Source of the DNA: an uncultured Micrococcales bacterium
GTDB taxonomy: Bacteria > Actinomycetota > Actinomycetes > S36-B12 > GCA-2699445
Assembly (NCBI GenBank): GCA_903915555.1
Contig: CAIWTL010000379.1
Span: 1 to 33,714, forward strand
Direction: 5' to 3'
Length of the DNA: 33,714 nt
In this document: in pieces, positions 7,118 to 14,585 of the stretch
How positions within the stretch are numbered: position 1 is the first letter of the stretch
Layout of the letters: each line of letters starts with the position of its first letter
The notes under the pieces: model-generated
Databases searched by the model: none
What the model saw: the letters and a program-made list of their open reading frames with translations, nothing else
Told to the model about the DNA's origin: nothing
Program-made: the position numbers and the translations under genes

Positions 7118-8779
7118 CTAGCTGGACGGTAACGGCGGGTCGTGGTTGTCAGTGTGGGTGATGCCGTTGGGGTCGGTCCAGGTGTACTGGTGGTTGTCAC
7201 TGTCGTGCAGGTGCCAGTTCCGGTGGGTCTTGAGGCGGTGGTGGCGGCGGCACAGGCTGGCCAGGTTCGCCGTCTCGGTGGCCCCTGCCGGGAACGGAAT
7301 CACATGGTCGAGGTCGACGCGGGTGTTGCGGCACCCGGGCATACGGCAGTGCGGCTCCCGGCCTCGCACCACCCGGGCCACGGCCGCGGTCGGGGTGTAG
7401 GTGGTGCGACTGGTGGCCACCACGGTGCCGGTCGCGTCGGTGAGCCACGCCCGCCACCGCCGGTCGGCAGCCAACTCGCGCGCCACGTCGGCGGGCACCA
7501 GGTCACCGGCGACCTCGGCCGGAGCCTGGTCGCCGCGCAGCAGGGTCGCCAGGCCGATCACGACGGCCACTTCCCCCGAGACGCCCGAGCCGGTAGTGGG
7601 GGTGGGGGCAGATGGGCTGAGCGGGTCGGGCGTCAGTAGCAGATCCGTGAACACATCCGCGCGGACCTGATCGAGGCTGCGCCCGTCATCGGGGTCGTCA
7701 GCGGCCAGGCCGCGGGCGATCGCGGTGAGGCGGCGGTGGATGCGGGTGATCACGTCCGCGGGAAGGTCCGCGATCAGCCGGCCCCGTCCGTCGGGGAGAA
7801 TTTCCCGATCGACGCAGTCGAAGTGTTTCCCGCGCTCGCGTTGCCGGCGCAGCTCGTCCGCCAGTCCGGCGATGACGCGGCGGGAGTGTCGGCGCAGGTC
7901 CGACAAGGTCCACCCGGTCAGGGCCCGGTCGTGGCGGCGGCGCATGGCAGCGATCACCGCGTCGATGACCAGGTCGCGACCCATGGGTTCGATGTCGGTG
8001 AGGTCCTGCAGCAGCAGGTCGGCCTGCCAGCCGGGCAACAGCCCGTCAGCGATGGCGTCGGCCAGGGTCTGGCCGCCCCAGGCGCGGCGGCGACGCAGCC
8101 GCGCGATCAGAGTCCGCGCTGAGGCCGGAGAGCGGCGCAGTGCGGGGGCCAGCAGTTCGATGCCGGGATCGATGATCGACCCGAACGCCGGACTCCGTGG
8201 GTCGATGTCGGGTTCGTGGACCGTGGCCCCCAAACACTGCACGACACTCCTGTCGGCCTGTTCACTGGCCCACGCCGCTGCAGTGGCCCACGCCGCGGCG
8301 ACGATGACCTGACACGCACACGGCGCACCCGGCGATCCCATGGGGCGTTCCGCCCCGTCGTCCACCATCGCGGTCTGCGGGTGTGGGAACCGACACCGCG
8401 ATCCGTCCACCGGGCCCAGTTGCTGCACCGCGGTCATGAGACCCGGGCCTTTCGCCAGCCACAACAACTGCCGCACCTGGGGACGCATCGGCGCCTCCCA
8501 CCAGCCCACCTGAGTCCACGCCGGCCGCTCCTGTCGCCAGCGAGACGCCCCCGCCTCACGCAGCCGGGCATCCAGCACATCCTCGCCGGGATCCCGCTCG
8601 ACAGGACTGGGCCGCCCCGAGTCGACGGGCGTGTCATGGGAGCGGGAAGAGACTGTTTCGCCACATCGCCCATGGGGGCGCCGCCTCCGCGGCCCAACAC
8701 CCACCAGCGACGACAATCGCGGCTCCACCGCCGACACTTCCGAGCCGGCATCGGGGCAGTGGATGCGGTGCGGCTTCAT
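7118..8779 (-). CDS. HNH endonuclease with DUF222-type N-terminal region (13E12-repeat-like family)
   Basis: The C-terminal motif is CRMPGCRNTRVDLDHVIPFPAGATETANLASLCRRHHRLKTHRNW. The long helical N-terminal region is typical of actinobacterial DUF222 proteins. ATG 8779 avoids overlap with the upstream methyltransferase. The track ORF extends to 8881. Confidence 0.8.
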   Translation of the reverse strand: MKPHRIHCPDAGSEVSAVEPRLSSLVGVGPRRRRPHGRCGETVSSRSHDTPVDSGRPSPVERDPGEDVLDARLREAGASRWRQERPAWTQVGWWEAPMRPQVRQLLWLAKGPGLMTAVQQLGPVDGSRCRFPHPQTAMVDDGAERPMGSPGAPCACQVIVAAAWATAAAWASEQADRSVVQCLGATVHEPDIDPRSPAFGSIIDPGIELLAPALRRSPASARTLIARLRRRRAWGGQTLADAIADGLLPGWQADLLLQDLTDIEPMGRDLVIDAVIAAMRRRHDRALTGWTLSDLRRHSRRVIAGLADELRRQRERGKHFDCVDREILPDGRGRLIADLPADVITRIHRRLTAIARGLAADDPDDGRSLDQVRADVFTDLLLTPDPLSPSAPTPTTGSGVSGEVAVVIGLATLLRGDQAPAEVAGDLVPADVARELAADRRWRAWLTDATGTVVATSRTTYTPTAAVARVVRGREPHCRMPGCRNTRVDLDHVIPFPAGATETANLASLCRRHHRLKTHRNWHLHDSDNHQYTWTDPNGITHTDNHDPPLPSS

Positions 8780-8825
8780 GACTGCGAACCTACCCACCAC
8801 CCCCGACAGATCGGCGCCGCACCGG

Positions 8826-9584
8826 TCACCGAGGCAGTCGGGCTGTGACCCGAAGCAGTGGGACCGGTAACTGCGCGGCACCGGGAACCGCCGTGAGCCA
8901 CCTCTCGGCCCGCTGCAACTGCCCGGGGGTGCGTCCCGGCGTGTAGAGGGAGGTCACCGCGAGACGCGCATCGGTGTCGCAGGTGAGCGGGAAGGGGAAT
9001 CTCTGCCGGGCGACACGAACCTGGGCCAGGCCGGCGTTGACCAGGTGTCGCTCCAGGGATCGCCGGGACAGTTGGCGCGGCAGGGATCCCGGTCCGCGCA
9101 GTGCCGCCGTCAACGCCAGCAATGCCGGCACATCCTGGATCGAGATCGGCCCGGTGGCCGGGACCATCGCTGCGAAAGTCCCACCGGGGCGCAGGACCCT
9201 GGCGACCTGGGACAACGTCTCAGCGAGCGGGACGAGCATCAGGGCCATGGACATCACGATCGTGTCGGCGCTGTCGTCCGGGAGATCCAGGTCGGTGACG
9301 TCGCCGAGGGCAACGGGTCCGCGCCCGGCCGAGCGGGCTGCCGTGAGTTCCGCTTCATTGCGATCGATGCCCAGGTAACTGCTGTAGGCGATATGGGACT
9401 GCATCGGGCACGACCCGCAGGCCAGGTCGACCACGTCACCGGCCGGATCGGGCAGCGCGTCGGCGAGCCACTCATAGGCCGAGCCGTGGACCGGATGGCG
9501 GGCGTGCTGCAGCGCCTCCTCGGTGATGCCGGGATGCCCGTCGTGGTACGCCTCGACGTACCTGTCCCAGTCCGCCTCCTTCAT
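8826..9584 (-). CDS. Class I SAM-dependent methyltransferase (Methyltransf_11/25-like, small-molecule type)
   Basis: The start is MKEADWDRYVEAYHDGHPG... Motif I is VVDLACGSC, the acidic loop is LGIDRNE, and the post-I motif is LPDDSADTIVMSMAL...LRPGGTF. No DNA-methyltransferase motifs (DPPY/NPPY, PC-ENV) were seen. The 99 upstream codons in the track ORF are low-complexity. Confidence 0.85.
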   Translation of the reverse strand: MKEADWDRYVEAYHDGHPGITEEALQHARHPVHGSAYEWLADALPDPAGDVVDLACGSCPMQSHIAYSSYLGIDRNEAELTAARSAGRGPVALGDVTDLDLPDDSADTIVMSMALMLVPLAETLSQVARVLRPGGTFAAMVPATGPISIQDVPALLALTAALRGPGSLPRQLSRRSLERHLVNAGLAQVRVARQRFPFPLTCDTDARLAVTSLYTPGRTPGQLQRAERWLTAVPGAAQLPVPLLRVTARLPR

Positions 9585-9657
9585 CGGGGACCGACGGCGG
9601 GATGCGGGTTGTCCATGTGTCGCAGGGTAGGCACGGCCGTCCTGATGCGGCAAAGGC

Positions 9658-10593
9658 TCAGCTCGACCGCCGTCGGCGCAGCAAGGCCTCCTGGCACGCG
9701 GAGGCCACCATGTCTCCGGCCTCGGAGAAGAAGGTGCCCCGCGCGAAACCTCGTCCGGCCACCGCTGTCGGGCTGTCGGTGACGAACAGCGTCCAGTGGT
9801 CGACCCGGAAGGGGCGGTGGAACCACATCGCGTGATCCAGCGACGCGATCTGCAGGTGCCGTGTCCCGGCGAAGCCCCCATGGTCGGTCAGCATGGTTCC
9901 CACCAGTGACAGGTCCGAGAAGTAGGTGAGGGCGCACACCTGGACCAGTGGGTCGTCCGGAAGGGGCTCGGGGGATCGTAGCCACGCCATCTGATGCGCT
10001 CGGCCGGTCGCGGCGACGAACTCGGGATCGACGACCCGCATCTCGATGAAGTCATGCTCCGGGTAGCCCTCGTCGCGCAGCCGGGCGGCCTCGATGGGAT
10101 CCGTCGAATGCGGCCAACTCTTGGGCTCGCCGGACTGCGGGGGAGGGACTCGTCGGATCCACTCCTCGGCCGCTCCGTACTCTCCCTGGCGCGCCTGATG
10201 TTCCGGTCCGTCGAAGGGGGGCGCGAACGAGGCCGCCAGCGTGAAGATCGTCTCCCCGTACTGGACCGCGGTCACACGCCTGGTGCTGAAGGAACCTCCG
10301 TCACGTGGGCGGTCGACCAGATACACGATGGGGTCGGTCGTGCGCCCCGGGCGCAGGAAATACCCGTGCAAGGAGTGCACGTGTCGATCGTCCCGGTCGA
10401 CGGTGTGCCCCGCGGCGATCAGTGCCTGCGCGGCGACCTGACCACCGAAGGCGCGCAGCGGGGATCCCGCATGGCACCAGCCGGTGAAGATGTCGCGGTC
10501 GATGCGGTCCAGATGCAGCCGGTCCAGGAAGGAGTGCTCATTGGGCCGGTGCGCCTCCGTCGACTGGGCCAGGGGATCGCCGTCAGGGGTCAT
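9658..10593 (-). CDS. tesB: Acyl-CoA thioesterase II
   Basis: The blocks FGGQVAAQALIAAGHTV...HSLHGYFLRPGRTTDPIVYLVDRPRDGGSFSTRRVTAVQYGETIFTLAASF plus a second hotdog repeat form the classic TesB double-hotdog. ATG is at 10591-10593. The track ORF up to 11190 runs in another frame over the neighbouring membrane gene. Confidence 0.9.
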   Translation of the reverse strand: MTPDGDPLAQSTEAHRPNEHSFLDRLHLDRIDRDIFTGWCHAGSPLRAFGGQVAAQALIAAGHTVDRDDRHVHSLHGYFLRPGRTTDPIVYLVDRPRDGGSFSTRRVTAVQYGETIFTLAASFAPPFDGPEHQARQGEYGAAEEWIRRVPPPQSGEPKSWPHSTDPIEAARLRDEGYPEHDFIEMRVVDPEFVAATGRAHQMAWLRSPEPLPDDPLVQVCALTYFSDLSLVGTMLTDHGGFAGTRHLQIASLDHAMWFHRPFRVDHWTLFVTDSPTAVAGRGFARGTFFSEAGDMVASACQEALLRRRRSS

Positions 10594-10622
10594 GGTCTCG
10601 ACGGTAGTCGGCAGTGACGGTG

Positions 10623-11132
10623 TCAGTCCTTCCGCAGTCCGACGGTCGCCCTCGTGTCCGGCGGTGTTCGTGCCAGGGCTGTCGCGATCTCGGCGCCGAG
10701 TACTGCCAGGGCCGCGGCTATGCCCGCGACGAGGGCGAAGATGAGGGCATCGAGATCCCGGATTGCCAGCAGCACCAGCCAGATGACGGTCGCCACACCG
10801 GCCACGGCGAGGAGAAGCAGGGCGATCAGCAGCCCGGCGTACTCCGCTCCCCAGAACGGTGAGACGACGAAGCCCAGCAACGCGGACAGTGCGACGACCA
10901 CGAAGAATACGACGCCTGTCGACGCGGCTCCCAGCACCCCGCCGATGACCGCCATGAGCGACGGTCGCCGGCTGTGCAGCAGCCACACCAGGACGGGGAC
11001 GGCAACGATCACCGCCAGCGACAGCAACGAGGAGAGGGCCGCGAGCCATTCGGTGCCGGGGGACGGCGATCCGTCGGGAGCAATGAGCACCGTGCTCACC
11101 CCGATCACCACACTGAAAGCCGCTGCCGTCAT
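10623..11132 (-). CDS. Hypothetical integral membrane protein (about 4 TM helices)
   Basis: The 169-aa ORF has four clear hydrophobic segments and high GC3. The competing frames are Arg-rich. I recognise no family. Confidence 0.7.
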   Translation of the reverse strand: MTAAAFSVVIGVSTVLIAPDGSPSPGTEWLAALSSLLSLAVIVAVPVLVWLLHSRRPSLMAVIGGVLGAASTGVVFFVVVALSALLGFVVSPFWGAEYAGLLIALLLLAVAGVATVIWLVLLAIRDLDALIFALVAGIAAALAVLGAEIATALARTPPDTRATVGLRKD

Positions 11133-11199
11133 CAGGAAGGCGTCCCCGATGAGAGTCAGTCGTTGTCGGGTGGCGAAAGCCTTGATCCACTCGACCCAG

Positions 11200-11370
11200 T
11201 CAACCGAGGGGTGGGTCGGGGTGGCCCAGTGGTGGGTCGGGGTGGTCGGTGTAGGTGATGCCGGTGGGGCTTGTCCACGTCCACCCGGCCAGGGGCGACC
11301 GCAGATCTGCCCCGTGCGGGTCTGGTCTGTGGTCCAGCGGGTCAGGGGTGAGTGGCCAGCCTAAACGGTG
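11200..11370 (-). pseudogene. 3' remnant of a second DUF222-HNH endonuclease paralog
   Basis: The remnant translates to ...HRLGWPLTPDP...GWTWTSPTGITYTDHPDPPLG*, which parallels the intact copy's C-terminus HRLKTHRNWHL...YTWTDPNGITHTDNHDPPLPSS*. About 26 of 36 nt are identical between 11241-11276 and 7151-7186. The HNH catalytic part and N-terminus are absent or degenerate. Weak homology may extend to about 11500. Confidence 0.55.
11206..11247. repeat. Imperfect 21-bp tandem duplication (GAGGGGTGGGTCGGGGTGGCC / CAGTGGTGGGTCGGGGTGGTC)
   Basis: Read directly. It duplicates the heptapeptide HPDPPLG at the end of the HNH remnant. Confidence 0.7.
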
Positions 11371-11500
11371 GGCGGCGAGAGTCGTCGCAACGCCCTCGGA
11401 GGCTGAGGCGTCGCGGGCAAGCCGACATCTGCGAAGTTGCAGCGATCTGGTGTTGGCTTTCGCGAGCATCCCGGCGCGATCCCTCCTAGCATCCCGGATC

Positions 11501-12841
11501 ATGAAGTCGATTCGCACCAGGACAGTCGTTGCAGCCAGCTCGGCGGCCACTCTGGCCGCTGCAGTGTTCGTGGCGCCGGTGCCCGCCCACGCAGCCACCA
11601 CGGAGACCTTCACGCCCGGATCGGGCGGCGTGGTCGCCAATACCCCCTTCGACTGGACCGTGCCCGCGGGTGTCACCTCGATCGCCGCGGTGGTCGACGG
11701 TGCCGGCGGTGGTGGTGGGCTGATCGTGAACGCGCAGGGTGGCAACGGCGGCGGTGGTGCCCGGGTCACCACACAGTTGACCGTCACACCGGGCCAGGTT
11801 CTGCGCCTCGTAGTCGGCGGAGGTGGCGCTGGAGGCGGGTCGGGGCTTCTCGGGGCGAACGGCGGCGGACTGTCCGGAATCCTGGACAAGAACGCCCCCA
11901 CCGATGCTGCCGTGCGGACCATAGCCGGAGGGGGCGGCGGCGGTGGCGCGGCGAACCTCGGCGGGTACACGGCTGGAGCGGGTGGTAGTGGCAGCAACTC
12001 GCTCGGTGGCTCCGGCACCAACGCCAGCGGGGTGCCGGACTACGCCGACGGTGCCGATGGCGGCAGCGGGACTGGCTCGGGTGGCTTCGGCGGCGGAGGT
12101 GGCATCACAGGCGGTAGGGACGGCGAGAACTTCACCGACTTCGGAACGGGGAATGGCGGCCGCACCGTCAGCCCCTTTTCCGGCGGGGGCGGCGGCGCGG
12201 GCTACGGGGGCGGCGGTGAGGGAGGAGTAGGTGGATTCGGGGGGGGCGAGGCGGGCGCCGGTGGCGGTGCCGGCGGTTCCATCGGACCCTCGGCCGTCTA
12301 TGCGGCCTCGCCGATCGGACTGGCGGGGAGCGGTGGGAACCCGGGGACTGCGGGTGCTGATGGCCGCATCGAACTGACGTACACCGGGGCGGATCCGACG
12401 CCGACACCGACCCCCACGCCGACTCCTACTCCGACGCCCACGCCGACTCCGACGCCCACCCCCACGCCGACTCCGACGCCGACACCGACTCCCACCCCGA
12501 CGCCTCAGGTGGAGACGACGCTGCGGGTCAAGGCGAACAGCGGTCCGGTGGAGACGGGCCGGCGTTCGGCTTTGGTGCGGTCGATCAAGACCAATGGGAC
12601 GATCCGCGCGCTGGACGCCACCTGTCGGCTGCGGGGCAACACCCTGCGCGGCCGCACCGCCCGAAAGGTCTGCGGACTCGCAACCATGGGTGAGCGGGTC
12701 ACCGCCGCACCGTCGTGTGCCCGCGGCGTGACCATGTCGGTCCGGGTTGTCGCCCGCAAGGCAGGGGCAGCCCGGGAGACCTGGCTCCGCACGTGGCGGG
12801 TGGCCGGCGAGACCCGGTGTGCGATCAACGGGACCGGCTGA
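11501..12841 (+). CDS. Secreted glycine-rich (ALK/LTK-type Gly-rich, PF12810-like) protein with (PT)18 linker and Cys-containing basic C-terminal domain
   Basis: The signal peptide is MKSIRTRTVVAASSAATLAAAVFVAPVPAHA|ATTE. The sequence then runs FTPGSGG...WTVPAGVTSIAAVVDGAGGGGG...GGNGGGGARVTTQLTVTPGQVLRLVVGGGG, followed by about 250 aa of Gly runs, (PT)18, and a 110-aa tail with 4 Cys. There is no SD. TAGCAT lies 8 nt upstream of the ATG, so the mRNA may be leaderless. Confidence 0.85.
   Translation: MKSIRTRTVVAASSAATLAAAVFVAPVPAHAATTETFTPGSGGVVANTPFDWTVPAGVTSIAAVVDGAGGGGGLIVNAQGGNGGGGARVTTQLTVTPGQVLRLVVGGGGAGGGSGLLGANGGGLSGILDKNAPTDAAVRTIAGGGGGGGAANLGGYTAGAGGSGSNSLGGSGTNASGVPDYADGADGGSGTGSGGFGGGGGITGGRDGENFTDFGTGNGGRTVSPFSGGGGGAGYGGGGEGGVGGFGGGEAGAGGGAGGSIGPSAVYAASPIGLAGSGGNPGTAGADGRIELTYTGADPTPTPTPTPTPTPTPTPTPTPTPTPTPTPTPTPTPTPQVETTLRVKANSGPVETGRRSALVRSIKTNGTIRALDATCRLRGNTLRGRTARKVCGLATMGERVTAAPSCARGVTMSVRVVARKAGAARETWLRTWRVAGETRCAINGTG
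12395..12505 (+). repeat. Coding (Pro-Thr)x18 dipeptide repeat
   Basis: There are 18 consecutive CCN-ACN pairs with mixed synonymous codons (ccg acg ccg aca ccg acc ccc acg ...). Confidence 0.95.
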
Positions 12842-12936
12842 CCCCGCACGCCTGCGGCGAGTCACGTCTCGCCGTCACGAGTCAGGCAGTGAGCTGGGCC
12901 CGGACGGGTGGCCGCGACGCCGACATCTCCCGGCTC

Positions 12937-13461
12937 ATGTACGCCAAGACCCCACTGCTGCCCGACCTGGTCGGGAACGACCGTCGGTGGGTGTGGATCG
13001 ACGACGCCCACTCCGGGTGGGACCACCAGTACCTCGTCCGAGCCGGAATGGATCCGACCCGGTTCCGCCTGGTGCGCACCGATCCGGCCGTCGGCCTGAT
13101 GTGAGAGGACGTCGCTGACGCGCTGTCGTTCGCGCGGGGTGACGAGACCGCGCCTGCGGGACCGCGGCGCCGGGACACGGATGGACCGGGGCTCACGCGA
13201 GGCCGGCGAGAGGCGGCTCCTCCGGAGGCGGACGTCCTGATCGAGGAGTTCGCCGCGCTCCTGGAAGGAGTCACGGCCGACGACAGCGGGGTATGTGCCC
13301 GCTGCGGCGGAGTGACCCGTCCGGTGGTCTACGGTCTGCCATCCGATGAGCTGGTCGAGCGATCCGACCGGGGCGAAGTGGTCCTCGGCGGCTGTTGCCC
13401 TCCCGCCGGTCCGCCCGAGGTCTGTTGCACCGCGTGCGGTGCCTCGAGTGGCGGGTGGTGA
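12937..13461 (+). pseudogene. Decayed ORF: C-terminal piece of a HAD-like (HAD_SAK-type) protein, in-frame TGA at 13102-13104, then a Cys-rich zinc-ribbon-like tail
   Basis: The first part reads MYAKTPLLPDLVGNDRRWVWIDDAHSGWDHQYLVRAGMDPTRFRLVRTDPAVGLM-TGA. The same frame then stays open with high GC3 for 118 more codons, ending ...VCARCGGVTRPVVYGLPSDELVERSDRGEVVLGGCCPPAGPPEVCCTACGASSGGW*. There is no ATG/GTG/TTG upstream of the first CxxC in the second part. The N-terminal HAD core is missing. Confidence 0.35.
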
Positions 13462-13476
13462 GGGCGTGACGACTGG

Positions 13477-14118
13477 TCAGTGGTCGGTCGTTGACAGTTC
13501 GGTCACCGACGGCGGCACCGGGATCCCGGGACGCAGGTTCGGATCCGGATGGATCGTGACCGGCGGCGGGCCGAAGCGGACGACGCCGGCCCACGTGTCA
13601 CCGGCGATGTCTTCCGGCGGGTCGTCGGGCCAGGCGTCGCTGGTGCGCAGCGACCACTGGTCGATCGGCATCTGGAGCGCCATGGTGGCGGCCAGCTCCT
13701 TGCCGGTGGACGGGCGCACCTCGGCTGTCCGTCCCGGCAGGACGTGATCGGTCAGGACCGCGAGAGCCGGGACCTGGTCCTCGGCAGTGGTGAAGACGCC
13801 GAACAGCACCGCGCTGCGGTAGACGATGGACGACTCGAACGCCGACCGCGCCACGACGATGCCCCCCACCTCAGTGACGGCGACGCACGCGGGAGCCCCT
13901 GCCGCCAGTGCGCGCAGCCAACCCGACCCGGTGGATCCGTGGATCAGGATCCGATCGCCGTCGCGGGCGAACAGGGTGGGGATGATCACCGGCTCGCCGT
14001 CGACGACCAGGCTCACGTGGGCGAGGAACTGCGAGTCGAGCAGGTCGTCGAGTTCCGATCGGGACGTCGACATCTTCTCGGGCATACGCGTAGAGACGAG
14101 TTTCGGCACGGCGCTCAT
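13477..14118 (-). CDS. Pyridoxamine 5'-phosphate oxidase-family (FMN-binding split-barrel, NimA-like) protein
   Basis: The blocks ELDDLLDSQFLAHVSLVVDGEPVIIPTLFARDGDRILIHGSTGS and VVARSAFESSIVYRSAVLFG fit the PNPOx-like split-barrel pattern. An alternative start is at 14085 (MPEKMS...). Confidence 0.75.
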   Translation of the reverse strand: MSAVPKLVSTRMPEKMSTSRSELDDLLDSQFLAHVSLVVDGEPVIIPTLFARDGDRILIHGSTGSGWLRALAAGAPACVAVTEVGGIVVARSAFESSIVYRSAVLFGVFTTAEDQVPALAVLTDHVLPGRTAEVRPSTGKELAATMALQMPIDQWSLRTSDAWPDDPPEDIAGDTWAGVVRFGPPPVTIHPDPNLRPGIPVPPSVTELSTTDH

Positions 14119-14145
14119 CGTAGTCGGGCCGGAGACGGCCTCAGG

Positions 14146-14523
14146 TCAGGAGAACAACGACCCCAGCGCGGCGAGGGAGTCCTCGTCGACGGAGAACCAG
14201 GCCCATTGGCCGCGCTGCCGGCGATGAACCAGGCCGGCCTCCGTCAGGACCTTCAGGTGATGACTGACGGTCGGCTGGGACAGGCCGACCGGATCGTTCA
14301 GGTCGCACGCGCAGGCCTCACCCGAGGCGCGGATGAGGGTCAGCAACTGCAGTCGGGTCGGGTCGGCCACCGCCTTGAGCACGCGAGCCAGGCGGTCGGC
14401 CTCGTCGCGGGACAGCGGAGTACGCAGACCCGTGGGGCAGCATTGGTCGATCTGCAGGACGGGGAGGTCGCCGCCAGTGGTGGTCGTTGAGCGTGGAGTC
14501 TTCGTCGGGGACAGCTTGGCCAT
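14146..14523 (-). CDS. arsR: ArsR/SmtB-family metalloregulator
   Basis: The winged-helix core is LKAVADPTRLQLLTLIRASGEACACDLNDPVGLSQPTVSHHLKVLTEAGLV. It has the alpha-3 CxC metalloid site (EACACDL) plus an N-terminal vicinal Cys pair (QCCP). The gene is divergent from the ars structural genes. Confidence 0.9.
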   Translation of the reverse strand: MAKLSPTKTPRSTTTTGGDLPVLQIDQCCPTGLRTPLSRDEADRLARVLKAVADPTRLQLLTLIRASGEACACDLNDPVGLSQPTVSHHLKVLTEAGLVHRRQRGQWAWFSVDEDSLAALGSLFS

Positions 14524-14585
14524 GTGTCGCCTCCTCACGCCCGGCGGTCGGGTTCGCGGCGGATCCGGTGGATCGATGTGAATCT

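Noticed and set aside
7118-9584. Methyltransferase + HNH nuclease as a restriction-modification-like or defence pair.
   Set aside because: The methyltransferase has the small-molecule class I pattern (Methyltransf_11/25-like) and lacks DNA-MTase catalytic motifs (DPPY/NPPY or PCQ...ENV). DUF222-HNH proteins occur as solitary multicopy genes. The adjacency is most likely incidental.
9658-11190. 510-aa ORF suggesting a TesB protein with a 199-aa N-terminal extension.
   Set aside because: The extension is Arg/Gly-rich junk in a frame overlapping a convincing four-TM membrane ORF (10623-11132). TesB homology starts at MTPDGDPL (10593).
6442-11500. Intact prophage or integrative island inserted at the ssrA 3' end.
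   Set aside because: No integrase, excisionase or phage structural genes are present. I found no second copy of the tmRNA 3' terminus (attR-like repeat) in the window. tesB, the methyltransferase and the membrane protein look like ordinary chromosomal genes. It is retained only as a degraded or minimal islet hypothesis.
11371-12021. Pro-rich 273-aa minus-strand ORF (11200-12021) that might look like a proline-rich surface protein.
   Set aside because: Above about 11500 it is simply the antisense of the Gly-rich gene (GGN codons read as NCC = Pro). Only its last 57 or so codons carry real homology, and these are reported as the HNH remnant.
12395-12505. Regular short repeats that could suggest a CRISPR array or a microsatellite.
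   Set aside because: The period is 6 nt, it is in frame, and it encodes (Pro-Thr)18 inside a long ORF. There are no spacers and no cas genes.
12855-12873. Short hairpin GGCGAG-tcacgt-CTCGCC after the Gly-rich gene as an intrinsic terminator.
   Set aside because: It has only a 6-bp stem and no U tract, and it lies within the open frame of the adjacent remnant. It is too weak to call as a feature.
13102-13104. In-frame TGA as a selenocysteine codon.
   Set aside because: I recognise no SECIS-like hairpin immediately downstream, no sel genes are in the window, and the flanking protein family is not a known selenoprotein. A nonsense mutation is far more likely.
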